The notes under the pieces were generated by a model. The model did no database searches. It was not told where the DNA came from and saw only the letters and a program-made list of their open reading frames with translations. The position numbers and the translations under genes were made by a program. A stretch of DNA of 63,019 nucleotides, the filler included, from Raillietiella orientalis (Eukaryota): NCBI GenBank assembly GCA_036172245.1. It is 14 parts of 14 records of this genome, joined end to end, with 100 filler letters (N's around TTAATTAATTAA, not from the genome) between each part and the next. Parts side by side here need not be neighbours in the genome. Positions count along the whole stretch, not along the records: positions 9,454 to 14,018 come from JAYWIR010000340.1; positions 14,119 to 18,571 come from JAYWIR010000341.1; positions 18,672 to 23,118 come from JAYWIR010000342.1; 11 more parts are not named here. One strand, given 5' to 3'. Every line of letters begins with the position of its first letter. Position 1 is the first letter of the stretch. Below, one piece after another: positions 10,356 to 23,218 of the stretch.

Positions 10356-13300
10356 CACCCGGATTTCGCCGGAACGTTTATTCTAAAATAAACATTTACA
10401 AAGACGTGCGGTGGCGGGACCATTGCTCCCTCCACGCACCAAGAAACGCAGAGCCTGCCGGGTCACCGGTTCGCAGACCGGTACGGTCCACCACGGCAGC
10501 AGGGGGAAGGGGGCAAAACCAAAAACAAAACAAAAAAGAAAAGAAAAGTTGAGAGGGTAAGGGAAGGGATCACAGTTGCAGGTGGGGCCGTTGCATCCTT
10601 TGCAGGAAGCCGTCAAGCTCCTTCTGTATTCCTGGATCCAGGTGGGGCCATCGAGATGCCCTCCTCAGGAACTGGGAGGCTGACTGGATGGCACCCTGGT
10701 TGTGTGGTCCTCCCGTAGCCTTGCTCCAGGCAGTTACGATCCCGCGTAGGCAACACAAAGCTGCTAACGAGGCCGCACGCCGAAGGGCGTCGGCAACGAA
10801 GAGGGCTTTCAGAGCGTCCCTGGGGTTGCCGCAGGGGATTCCGATGGCCGCGGCAAAGCGAAACCAAAGGGGCCGAAAAGCAGCACAATGCACTAGCAGG
10901 TGGGGGAGGGAATCCCGTTCCCCACACCTCACGCAATTGGGGTCCATTGCTCCCCAGGTCCAGTGGTGTCGGCAGGCGTTGCAGGGGAGTCCCCAGTGCT
11001 GCAACAGGATTGCCGACTCCTGCCATTCAAAGGGGAGGGAGGAGGTGTTCATTAGTACCGAGGGCCACTTCAAACGTTCAATGGGAACGTCGAGCAGAGC
11101 GCCCCAGCGCAGAAGTCCATTGGGAGGCGTACTCGGGGTCGCAGGGTCTGTTAACTGGCCCGTCTTCCACTCTCCTATCTTCTTCTCCTTTCCGGAGATT
11201 GTTACTGTAACCACCTACTTCAACGCAACATCGCTGTCCAGATCTTCCATCAGGGAGGACAGCGCAGCAGCGAGGGGGGTTCTTCCTGCCCACGCTCTCT
11301 TCTTTGGATCCTCCAGGATCTCGCGGAACGTGCAACTTCTGTAACCCCCAAACAGGAACCTTCGTTCCTGTTGGGAGCGTTCCATGCCGAACAGTCCCCA
11401 CGTTCGAACGGTTTCCTGCAAATAGGCACTACCGTTCAAAGGGCGACAGGTGACCAATCCTGGGTTTTTCCGGTACAGCGCAGCCACCCTCCGTTGCTGG
11501 AGTCCGCATCGGTTGACGCGGCGACGGAGTGCAAGAAACGACGTTATTCCCGTCTTTCCGGTGGCTTGCTGGAGAAGGAGACGTGCAGGGACGCACCCAC
11601 AGGTGCACCACAACTCTAGAACAAGTGCCGAAATTCGGAACTGGAGCTGAAGCGCCAGCCGCTCCAGCGTCAGGAGGCCCAGACCACCGTCCCGACGAGG
11701 AGCGCACAAGTCCTTTAAGCGGACACGGGCCCTCCCGTTTCCCAAAAGGGCGATACGAAGGAGGTCCTTTGTCCGCTTTTTAATTCTCTCTGTGGGGGGT
11801 CAAACAAAAAGCAGGGAGCGGAGGAGAGGAGCCGCGAACGTGTTCCAAACCGCGGCCCGTTCAGGCAAGAAAAACCTGCCACCTCGGAACGGGCCGATCG
11901 CCGTCTCTACTTTTTGGAGGCAGCCGGACCACGCTTCCGCAGGGGAGTAGTCCCCCAGCGGCACACCATGGTACTTGAAGTACCTCACCGTGGGGATCCC
12001 CAAACGGACCCAGTCCTGCTGCCCTACCCACGCCGCACCAACTGGCATCACGGACGACTTCGCCCTGTTCACCCTAAGCCCGGTTCCCCGATGCAGTAGG
12101 TCGAAGAAGTCCTCGACCGGCGCAGCCGGGGTGGACATAGGGAGAAGCAGCAGAAGGTCGTCCGCGTATGCTGAAACGGCCGGAGTACCGGCACAGTCGT
12201 GCGGCAGGTGCGCCAGAGTTCCCCTGTACGCTCTCAGTACCAACTCAAAGTAGGTACTGAAGAGCAAGGGGCTCAGGCTGTCTCCCTGCCGCATCCCACG
12301 CCGCACCGGCACGCCGTGCACGGTCTGCCCGCTGAAAGTAACGTTGATAATCGCGTCGCGCTAGCAGGAGCGCAGATAGGACACTAATGTGGCCGGGAAG
12401 CCCAAGCGTTCCAGAAGCTCCAGAAGGAGATTCTGGTCGACGCAATCGAATGCTTTCCGCAAGTCGATTGCGACCGCAAGGACTCGCTCCCCCACCCGAC
12501 CATCCAAGCCCTTGCCGGCGCACGCACCGGAATTCCCGCTGCGCACCAAGCTCCTTTCATTTTAAAGCTCTAGCCAAGTGGAAGCGTGGAACAGGTTCGC
12601 CTCCATGCTTCGCCCGGGAATAGCATATGCCTGTTCCGGGCTGATGAAGATGTTGGCAACCCGTCTTAAACACTCTGCCCAAACCTTACCTAGCAACTTG
12701 GCGTCCGCATTCACTGTTGTGATGGGACGCCAGTTGTTCATGCTCCTCAGATCTCCTCCCTTAGGGAGGAGCCTCACCTTTGCCGAACGAAACGAGACGG
12801 GAACGTCACCTGTTTCGCGTATCAGCAAGGTGAGTTGCTGTACCAGGGGGGTAAGCTCATCCGCGAAAGTTTGATAAAACTCCGCGGGCAGGCCGTCCTC
12901 CCCTGGAGCCTTTCGCCTCTTGAGCTTTCCGATGGCCGAGAGGATCTCGTCCATCGTGAAAGGCTCGTCGAGGGTCTTTCTCTGCCCCTCCCCGATCGCT
13001 GGAGCGCCTTCCGGAAGCAGGAGTCGTGAGACGTTCCTCTCCAGGGGTGCCCTGGCATACAGGGAGGAGTAGTAACTCCGCAGCAGGCCGCGGATTTGGG
13101 CAGGTGCCGAGTGCTCCTGGCCCTGATCGTCCAGTAAGCTGGCCGATCCGGACTGCCAGGCTTGCCTCTGGGCTCCCGCTTTGTATTCCTCCAGCATGCG
13201 GATGTCGGAGGTCCTCGCGTAACGACGGGCATGCAGGTAGGAACGTTCGTTACGGACCCCGGTCCCAAAACCCGTATGTAGGCGGTGCAGAGGGAACTCG

Positions 13301-14018
13301 TCGCAGAACTCCTGGACCGACCGCTTGAAGCGGTCCCAATCCTGGAGTGTCCGCAGCCTGAAGCTCCGTATGAACTTGCGGAGATGTTCCGCCGCCTCCG
13401 GGAGCTTCAACCAGTCCCTTGGGAGACGCCACGTTGACGACGGGGGCGCCCTGTCGCGCGGATGGATCTCGAGGACTATCGGGCGATGGTCGGACAGCTC
13501 GCACTGTAACTTTCCGCGCCTGCCCACGCGAGGGCACAGGTGCTCGTCAAGAAACACGTGGTCAATGCTCTCTTCCATCCCCGGTGCACTGGCCAACAAA
13601 TTACAGGTGTGCACCGCCATGCACACGTCGTTGACCAGGTCACGCTCAGGATTCTGCCCATCGGCTTTCAGGCGAACGCTGAAATCGCCTGGAGCTAGAT
13701 GAGCATTCCGCACGCCTGCTTTGGTCAGCCAGTCGCGCCGGAGGGCAAGGAAAGACTCTTTCCTCGCCCTCCTGGTGATCAGGTCCGTGCCGCTCGGTGC
13801 GTACACGTTCGTGACGATCGGATCGATCGAGTCGGAACACCTGAGAGTCAGCTGGCCGACACGGCCGTGATCGTCGAACCGCACGCCCCGAGCCGCGGCC
13901 TCGACGGCTGGCCGAAGCAGGTAGGCGACACCGTAACTTTTCGGTTTCCCACACCTATACCATAGCCGCCCTCCGGAGATCCGTTCGATCTCTTCCGCTT
14001 GTTCTGCAGGGATCACGT
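10356..14018 (-). mobile_element. Near-complete decayed ORF2 and 3' end (family A')
   Basis: Endonuclease (TNVYAP, GDF, DH, SDH), RT (DLRKAFD, QGDSLSP, YADD), zinc finger and terminal hairpin. Several stops and frameshifts. Confidence 0.93.
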
Positions 14019-14599
14019 NNNNNNNNNNNNNNNNNNNNNNNNNNNNNNNNNNNNNNNNNNNNTTAATTAATTAANNNNNNNNNNNNNNNNNNNNNNNNNN
14101 NNNNNNNNNNNNNNNNNNTCCGAGCTCTCTCAGGAAACTCTACTCATGGTTGTGAAGAACTGAATGTGGAATACTCAAAGTCTAGTGGTGAGAATTCTCA
14201 CCATGCAACCATGGGAGAGACACATGTTGATCCCTGATCGAATACCCTATTTGTCGGCAAATGCGAATTCATCTGAACAACAGGCAGGGACGCAGGTCGT
14301 AGGTCAATCTTGCATTCAGCGAAAAGATTTGTCTGAAAGGCTTCATCGCAGTTTACATCCTTGCTTGAACAACTTATACTGTATTGTCCGCATGAGGAGA
14401 TGGACCACCTTGGTCGATTGCATTTTGAAAATGACGTATGAACGGTGGTAGATTCTGGTCTTCCACAAAGTATTCCTGATATGGAGTCGTTATCGGCACC
14501 TGTCTTGCGCTGCAAAGAGGCAACATTTTCCCACAGGTCGCGTGCTGAGCGTTTCAAAGGGAATCGACAGCCTCCATGAAGGCACGTAAGAGAACGGAG

Positions 14600-15165
14600 A
14601 TAGATAAGGGGTGAGTAGGGGTAAGCATAGTAGGTGGTGTGAAGGGGTGGGTTGATGTGTTTTCGACAGGTAGATTATAAGGTAATTATAACTTGTCCAT
14701 CGATTTGCGATGTAAGTGTCGATTATTGGGGGATGAGAGGGGATAGACAGGACGTGTTTTGATGACGGTGGCTCATGGTTATGTATCCACTGCTTTATTT
14801 TTAATTAGTGGTTCAATGTTTGAATTGTTAGGAAGACGGTCAATGTAGTTGAGGGGTGGAATGTGATTCAGTTGTATTGGGATGGGGGGGTTGATTTTGA
14901 TTTTGTGGTTTTTCAATATGTCATGCCGTTTATGATTGGGATGGTGAGGTGAAATTATAATGTATATAGGAGCGGCAAATGTGGTGGTGTATACGGTATG
15001 ATATTTAGGTATTGTTTCTAGAATAGGGGGAAGTTATAGAATACATATACTGAGGATGTTGTGTCATGGAAGGACAGCGGTGGATGCAGATTTTGTATTG
15101 GCGATAAAAGATTTTTATGTCGTCGTAATGTGAGTAGTAGCGATGATGATACTTTTGTATTGATG
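14600..15165 (+). pseudogene. nad4: NADH dehydrogenase subunit 4, 3' part
   Basis: CFRQVDYKVII and VAHGYVSTALF...GSRSM (invertebrate mitochondrial code). Boundaries approximate. Confidence 0.75.
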
Positions 15166-15231
15166 TCAAGATACTTTAATGAGTATAGCGATTTGCGGTT
15201 TCGTAGGTAGTTATTGGCTTTGAATTATAGA

Positions 15232-16810
15232 ATGGTGTTGGTGAGGATGATGGTTGCAAGTGGAGGTTTGTGGCTTGTTTGTTGGAGTAGGGTGGTGTTA
15301 ATAGAGTGATCGTTGAAAAGGCCGGGAGGAATAGAATGGAGTTTGTTGTTTTTTCCGGATGATATGTGTTTATTGTTTATGAGGTATATGATGGTTGTTT
15401 CTTTTTTGGTTATGATGTGTAGTATGTTGAGTGGAAGAGGAAGTGATTTTTTATCTTCGTATTTTGATTTGTAGTGAGAGTATTATTGTTGATTATAAGT
15501 GGCAGTTTAGTGACTAGTATTTTGGGTTGGGATGGAATGGGTATTATTTCTTTCTGTTTGGTTATTTTTTATATGAATCGTGTTTCTGATTATGGAGGTA
15601 TGATTGCTTTTTTGGGTAATCGCATTGGAGATGGAATTTTATTGATGGGCATTGGGTGGTTGCTGATAGGGGGTGCTTGAGATGCTGAGATGTTCTACAT
15701 CAATGGTTGATGTTTCAGGGCAATGGTGTTAATGAGAATAACTAAGAGTGCACAGTTACCTTTTCGTGCGGGGTTACCAGAGGCTACAGCAGCATCTTCT
15801 CCAGTCTCAGCTTTAGTTCATTGGTCAACGTTAGTGACTGCGGGAGTGTATTGACTGATTCGGTTTAATGAAATTGCGATGGTGAGTAGTATGGTGGTTT
15901 CTGGTGGTCTTTCGTGGTGAGTAGTATGGTGTATTCGGGAGTGATAGGTAGGATAGTGGTTGATGTAAAGAAGATTATTGCATACTCAACGTTGAGGCAA
16001 TTGGGAATGATATTTATGGCATTAGAGTTAGGTGTGGGAATTTTGGTATATTGCCATTTCTGGATTCATGCTGTCTTGAATTCGCTGATGTTTCTAGGCG
16101 CGGGATTCGTTATTCATAGGTATGAGGGGGGGCAGGATTTGCGAGTAATGGCGAGTGTAGGAAAGCTAATGTAGTTTTAGGTGTTATTTATAATGTTAGT
16201 ACTATAGGGTTGAGAGAATTTCCTTTTTTGAGAGGTTATTATAGAAAAGATTATTAAGTGGAGTGAATATGATATTCCATGTGCGGGGATGTAGTAGAAA
16301 TTTGTATTTTTATTGGGCTAGTACTAACGGTGATTTATGGGTATCGGAAGTTGGGTGGATTGATGAGGGGTGTTAATGGTGTAGAGAAGGGAGTTGGGTT
16401 AAGGAATGGATAGTGTGTTGTATTAATGGGGTTAAATATAATGATAGTGGTAGGGGGTAGCCTGGTTGTGGAGGAGATTGAGGGATTTCTATTGTCTTTT
16501 ATGGAAAAACATGTAGCGATTGTAAGGGTATTTACTGGCTTACTGTGGATGGGGATAATTTGTTTTATGTTTGGGAGTCGGGGACATGCAATGATTATTA
16601 TCGGTTCGGAGTTGATGAGAGGACTAACGTCAAGAAATTGGTTAATGCGTGTTAGTACGGTTAGGGAGATAATTGATAAGGGGTGGATGAAGTGAGGGGG
16701 TTTGTGGTACGTAAGGGTGATTGATGTTGCTGGTAAAACGTGTTTTGTTTATAATGTTACGGAAAGTAAATATTTTATAGCGTATTTTGTTGTGTGTTAT
16801 TTAAGGTGAA
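15232..16810 (+). pseudogene. nad5: NADH dehydrogenase subunit 5
   Basis: [26 protein letters not shown]...PVSALVH-STLVTAG and DVKKIIAYST. Frameshifts and TAG stops present. Confidence 0.9.
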
Positions 16811-17259
16811 TGATTTCTATAGACCATTTTCTGTGAAGCTAAATTTCAGTATTCCAGAAATTTCTTTTTCTAACAAAATCTTGAATTCACATTTACGGGT
16901 TAAGGAGTTGTGTATTATAGTGATTATTAAGAAACTGGTTAATATATGTTAGCATAGGTAGGGGATCATTGATGAGGGGTGGATGGAGTTGTTAGTAAGG
17001 AGAGTATCAGCTATTGTTATTGGGATAATTATGGTGTATGTTGTTATTTGTTATTTGAAATGAATGATTCTTGTAGATGACTTTGCGTAAAGTTATATTT
17101 AGGTATCTCAGAAACCTTATGGAGCGAAATTTTTTATTTTATTTTGAGTAATATCTCTGTAAAGAAAGACGAGTTCAAGGTTAGGTCGAAACTATCTGTG
17201 TTATCACTTTTGCCTTGGAACATTCATGAGATGGAGCTAGTATAAAGTTCATATTTTGA

Positions 17260-17578
17260 TGCTGAGATTCAAAAAAGAACGACTGATGTCCACGCAATAG
17301 TTGTAGAAAGTGTGTGGGCAGTGGAAAGGGAGGTAGAGGGAGGATAATGGCTAATTTAATATCGAAAATTCAGAGGATAACTGCAACCAGGAAGAATTGC
17401 ATAGAGAATGGGAAAAGTGCATTGGTTTTTGTTTCAAATGCTCATTCGAAGGGAGAAGAGGTACTGTAATTAAGTAGGGGTGAAGTTTTCATGATTATTG
17501 AGAAAGTAATAACGAAAGTGTAAAAAAGAAGAAGGATGGTGAAAGTAATATTTCTTATTAGAAGAGACAAAATGGCAT
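17260..17578 (-). pseudogene. nad3: NADH dehydrogenase subunit 3
   Basis: SPFE-W-AF (canonical PFECGF) and FSMQFFLVAVILWIFDIK. Confidence 0.8.
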
Positions 17579-17599
17579 TCCACTGTTAAGGGATGAGAG

Positions 17600-17900
17600 C
17601 TGTTGTCTCATTCTGTGAAGTGTAGTTACAAGATCTTGTTTAGAATTAGGAACAGAATTTGAAATTTGTGTTTCCAAAACAAATGTTATTACTTTACCTA
17701 TAATTTTAATAGTCTTTATAGCTTATGCAGAGCGAGGACTTCAAAGTGCTTAGGAAAAAAATGGACGATGGATAGAGAGCTTGAGTGGGGGAAACTTTTA
17801 TCATTAACAGTGATATGCTCAGGCTGAACTCAAGTTCTTAAAATTTTTGCCTTCAAGGGTTAATGTGTTGTGTCACACTCAAAGAACTACTCCTTATTTC
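17600..17900. other. Probable decayed mitochondrial tRNA cluster
   Basis: About 300 nt between nad3 and cox3 with anticodon-arm-like bits (TCC, TCA, GAT). Individual tRNAs could not be folded reliably. Confidence 0.4.
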
Positions 17901-17932
17901 TTTATAATTGGAAGTTATTAGTACTGCATATA

Positions 17933-18535
17933 CTACAAGAATAAGTCTGCGAATATGAATAGGAACAATCATGCAATGTCTACGAAATGTCGATACCAGA
18001 GGGGGAGTTCGAATGATAGACGGTGAAGGCGAGTGATGGAGAGTCTTTCAAAATTTGGGCTATGGATAAAGTAGGGCTCGCAAATAAGTCCAGCAAATAG
18101 GTGTAAACCGTGGAATCCGATTGCGATGCAGAACGTTGAACCAAAAATTGAATCTGTACCAGAGAATTCGAGTATGAAGTATTCTATGCCTTGAGTTGTA
18201 AGGAATATTAATCCAATTGTGATAGTAAGAAGTAGGAATAAAAATGATACGGAATAATTTTTTTTTGCGAGAGAGTGATGTGTTCACGTTACCGATATAC
18301 ATGATCTCAACAGAAGAATGGTATTAAATGGAGGCACCTCTATGCCAACGGGTAAGACAAGATTGGGTGGTGGGGTCAGTAAAATCAAAATTGTGGATTG
18401 ACTCTTAGTCTGGTTGGGAAGAAGGATCAAAAGAAGAAAACGAAGAAAACAAATTCCTGAGATAATAAAAATGATTATTAAAAATTGAAATGTTTTTGTT
18501 GGGAGGATACCGATAAACGAGGATTCTCGCTTTAT
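17933..18535 (-). pseudogene. cox3: Cytochrome c oxidase subunit 3, 3' part
   Basis: FGSTF, HGLHL and HFVDIAWLFLF, with frameshifts. Confidence 0.85.
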
Positions 18536-18671
18536 GGGGTGTTCTCTGGAGGCACCAAACAGGCAGAAGCCNNNNNNNNNNNNNNNNNNNNNNNNNNNNN
18601 NNNNNNNNNNNNNNNTTAATTAATTAANNNNNNNNNNNNNNNNNNNNNNNNNNNNNNNNNNNNNNNNNNNN

Positions 18672-21600
18672 TCTGTCTTGTTTTCATGGTAACCAGTGTC
18701 GGACTTTCAAGCGAAATATTCTCCTTCGCTCTCATTCATTATGTTGTCCAACATTGCAGCTTTTGTGGATATTTAAGAAATTAGGAAACAAAAGATTTCA
18801 CCATTGCACTTTTGCGCCTCTTCACGAAGTACCCTTTTGCAGTAAGTGGCAAATCCCTTTCATGGAGAGCCGCAAGCCCTTCCAATCTCTGCTTTCAGAG
18901 GATGATTAAGAAGAGTTCGAAACTTCATTAGGGCGTGGCACTTTGAACTCTGTGTTGTTTTCATGGTAACCAGTGTCGGACTTAGAAGGGAAATATTCTC
19001 GTTCGCTCCCATTCATTATGTGGTCCAACTTTGCAGCTTTTGGGGGTTTGTATTCAATTAGAAAACAGAAGATTTCACCATTGCAGTTTTGCGCCTCTTC
19101 ACGAAGTATCCTTTTGCAGTGAGTGGCAAATCCCTTTCATGGAGAGCCGCAAGCCCTTCCAATCTCTGCTTTCAGAGGATGATTAAGAAGAGTTCGAAAT
19201 TTCATTAGGGCGTGGCACTTTGGACTCTGTGTTGTTTTCATGGTAACCAGTGTCGGACTTAGAAGGGGAATATTCTCGTTCGCTCCCATTCATTATGTGG
19301 TCCAACTTTGCAGCTTTTGGGGATTTGTATTCAATTAGAAAACAGAAGATTTCACCATTGCACTTTTGCACCTCTTCACGAAGCATCCTTTTGCAGTGAG
19401 TGGCAAATCCCTTTCATGGAGAGCCGAAAGCCCTTCCAATCTCTGCTTTCAGAGGATGATTAAGAAGAGTTCGAAATTTCATTAGGGCGTGGCACATTGG
19501 ACTCGGTCTTGTTTTCATGGTAACCAGTGTCGGACTTTCAAGGGGAATATTCTCCTTCGCTCTCATTCATTATGTGGTCCAACATTTCAGCTTTTGTGGA
19601 TATTTAAGAAATTAGAAAACAGAAGATTTCACCATTGCACTTTTGCATTTCTTCACGAAGCATCCTTTTGCAGTGAGTGGCAAATCCCTTTCATGGAGAG
19701 CCCAAAGCCCTTCCAATTTCGGCTTTCAGAGAATGATTAAGAAGAGTTCGAAATTTCATTAGGGCGTGGCACTTTGGACTCTGTCTTGTTTTCATGGTAA
19801 CCAGTGTCGGAATTTCAAGGGGAATATTCTCCTTCCCTCTCATTCATTATGTGGTCCAACATTGCAGCTTTTTGGGATTTGTATTCAATTAGAAAACAGA
19901 AGATTTCACCATTGCACTTTTGCCCCTCTTCACGAAGTATCCTTTTGCAGTGAGTGGCAAATCCCTTTCATGGAGATCCGAAAGAACTTCCAATCTCTGC
20001 TTTCAGAGGATGATTAAGAAGAGTTCGAAATTTCATTAGGGCGTGGCACTTTGGACTCGGTCTTGTTTTCATGGTAACCAGTGTCGGACTTTCAAGGGGA
20101 ATATTCTCGTTCGCTCTCATTCATTATGTGGTCCAACATTGCAGCATTTGTGGATATTTAAGAAATTAGAAAACAGAAGATTTCACCATTGCACTTTTGC
20201 GCCTCTTCACGAAGTATCCTTTTGCAGTGAGTGGCAAATCCCTTTCATGGAGAGCCGCAAGCCCTTCCAATCTCTGCTTTCAGAGGATGATTAAGAAGAG
20301 TTCGAAATTTCATTAGGGCGTGGCACTTTGGACTCTGTCTTGTTTTCATGGTAACCAGTGTCGGACTTACAAGGGGAATATTCAACTTCGCTCTCATTCA
20401 TTATGCGGTCGAACTTTCAAGCTTTTGGGGATTTGTAATCAATTAGAAAACAGAAGATTTCACCATTGCACTTTTGCGCCTCTTCACGAAGCATCCTTTT
20501 GCAGTGAGTGGCAAACCCCTTTCATGGAGAGCCGCAAGCCCTTCCAATTTTCTGCTTTCAGAGGATGATTAAGAAGAGTTCGAAATTTCATTAGGGCGTG
20601 GCACTTTGGTCTCTATCTTGTTTTCATGGTAACCAGTGTCGGACTTACAAGGGGAATATTCAACTTCGCTCTCATTCATTATGCGGTCGAACTTTCAAGC
20701 TTTTGGGGATTTGTAATCAATTAGAAAACAGAAGATTTCACCATTGCACTTTTGCGCCTCTTCACGAAGCATCCTTTTGCAGTGAGTGGCAAATCCCTTT
20801 CATGGAGAGCCGCAAGCCCTTCCAATTTCTGCTTTCAGAGGATGATTAAGAAGAGTTCGAAATTTCATTAGGGCGTGGCACTTTGGACTCTGTCTTGTTT
20901 TCATGGTAACCAGTGTCGGACTTACAAGGGGAATATTCTCCTTCGCTCTCATTCATTATGTGGTCCAACTTTGCAGCTTTTGTGGATTTTTAATAAATTA
21001 GAAAACAGAAGATTTCACCATTGCACTTTTGCTCCTCTTCACGAAGCATCCTTTTGCAGTGAGTGGCAAATACCTTTCATGGAGAGCCGAAAGCCCTTCC
21101 AATTTCTGCTTTCAGAGGATGATTAAGAAGAGTTCGAAATTTCATTAGGGCGTGGCACTTTGGACTCTGTCTTGTTTTCATAGTAACCAGTGTCGGACTT
21201 ACAAGGGGAATATTCTCCTTCGCTCCCATTCATTATGTGGTCCAACTTTGCAGCTTTTGGGGATTTGTATTCAATTAGAAAACAGAAGATTTCACCATTG
21301 CACTTTTGCACCTCTTCACGAAGCATCCTTTTGCAGTGAGTGGCAAATCCTTTTCATGGAGAGCCGCAAGCCCTTCCAATTTCTGCTTTCAGAGGATGAT
21401 TAAGAAGAGTTCGAAATTTCATTTGGGCGTGGCACTTTGGACTCTGTCTTGTTTTCATGGTAACCAGTGTCGGACTTACAAAGGGAATATTCTCCTTCGC
21501 TCCCATTCATTATGTGGTCCAACTTTGCAGCTTTTCGGGATATTCAATTAGAAAACAGAAGATTTCACCATTGCACTTTTGCACCTCTTCACGAAGCATC

Positions 21601-22560
21601 CTTTTGCAGTGAGTGGCAAATCCCTTTCATGGAGAGCCGAAAGCCCTTCCAATCTCTGCTTTCAGAGGATGATTAAGAAGAGTTCGAAATTTCATTAGGG
21701 AGTGGCACTTTGGACTCTGTGTTGTTTTCATGGTAACCAGTGTCGGACTTACAAGGGGAATATTCTCGTTCGCTCCCATTCATTATGTGGTACAACTTTG
21801 CAGCTTTTGGGGATTTTTATTCAATTAGAAAACAGAAGATTTCACCATTGCACCTTTGCACTTCTTGAAGCATTCTTTGCAGTTTGTGGCAAATCCCTTT
21901 CATTGAGAGCTGAAAGAACTTCCAATTTCTGCTTTCAGAGGATGATTAAGAAGAGTTGGAAATTTTATTAGGGCGTGGCACTTTGGACTCTGTCTTGTTT
22001 TCATGTTAATCAGTGTTTGACTTTCAAGGGGAATATTTTCCTTCGCTCTCATTCATTATGTGGTCCAGCTTTGCAGCTTTTGTGTATATTTAAGAAATTA
22101 GAATACAGAAGATTTCACCATTGCACTTTTGATCCTCTTCAAGGTTCCTTTTGCAGTGAGTAACAAATTCCCTTTATGGAGTGCCGAAAGCCATTCCAAT
22201 TTTCTTCTTTCAGAGGATGATTGAAGAGTTGGAAATTTAATTATTTTTGGGGCGTGGCACTTTGGACTCTGTGTTGTTTTCATAGTAACCAGTGTCGGAC
22301 TTAGAAGGGGAATATTCTCCTTCGCTCCCATTCATTATGTGGTCCAACTTTGCAGCTTTTGGGGATTTGTATTCAATTGGAAAACTGAGGATTTCACCAT
22401 TGCACTTTTGCGCATCTTCACGAAGTTTCCTTTTGCAGTGAGTGGCGAATCCCTTTCATGGAGAGCCGAAGCCCTTCCAATTTCTGCTTTCAGAGGATGA
22501 TTAAGAAGAGTTCGAAATTTCATTAGGGCGTGGCACTTTGGACTCTGTGTTGTTTTCATT
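18672..22560 (+). repeat. 277-bp satellite, family 1 (about 14 monomers)
   Basis: Units recur at 19489, 19766, 20043 and 20320 (period 277). Monomers degrade beyond about 21800. Confidence 0.97.
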
Positions 22561-23118
22561 GTAACCAGTGTCGGAATTAGAAGGAAAAGGTTTTCCCTCT
22601 CTTTGTTTCATTATGTGGTCCGAATTGGCAATTTTTGGGTGTTCGGAATCAATTCGAAATCAGCAGATTTGACCTTTGAACTTTTGCGTTTTTTCACGTA
22701 GGATCCGTTTTCGATGACCGGAAAATTCCCGTGATGAATACAAGCACAAACGTCCTTTTTCGTTGGTTCAGAAGGACATTGAGATGAGTCCGACGTTTCA
22801 TTAGGGTGGGGCACTGTGGACTCTCTGTCGTTTTCATGGTAACCAGTGTCGGAATTAGAAGGAAAAGGTTTTCTTTCTCTTTGTTTCATTATGTGGTCCG
22901 AATTGGCAACTTTTGGGGGTTCGGAATAAATTCGAAATCAGCAGATTTGACCTTTGCACTTTTGCGTTTTTTCACGTAGGATCCGTTTTCGGTGACCGGA
23001 AAATTCCCGTGATGGATACAAGCACAGACGTCCTTTTTCGTTGGTTCAGAAGGACATTGAGATGAGTCCGACGTTTCGTTAGGGTGAAGTACTGTGGACT
23101 CTCTGTCGTTTTCATGGT
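22561..23118 (+). repeat. Divergent 278-bp satellite variant (2 monomers)
   Basis: AACCAGTGTCGGAATTAGAAGG at 22563 and 22841, in phase with family 1 but with a different monomer body. Confidence 0.85.
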
Positions 23119-23218
23119 NNNNNNNNNNNNNNNNNNNNNNNNNNNNNNNNNNNNNNNNNNNNTTAATTAATTAANNNNNNNNNNNNNNNNNNNNNNNNNN
23201 NNNNNNNNNNNNNNNNNN

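Larger units (their letters stand above)
14590..18540. pseudogene. Decayed mitochondrial DNA insertion (NUMT)
   Basis: Strong G/T skew and recognisable nad4, nad5, nad3 and cox3 motifs, with stops, frameshifts and changes at invariant residues. Joined to non-mitochondrial-looking sequence at 14119-14590. Confidence 0.85.

Noticed and set aside
14119..14590. Short ORFs upstream of the NUMT, and likewise 44650-45432
   Set aside because: No recognisable motif; left unannotated.
19489..22163. Tandem 83-aa ORFs (MALWT...)
   Set aside because: By-products of the 277-bp satellite: GTG starts, indels between copies and no domain.
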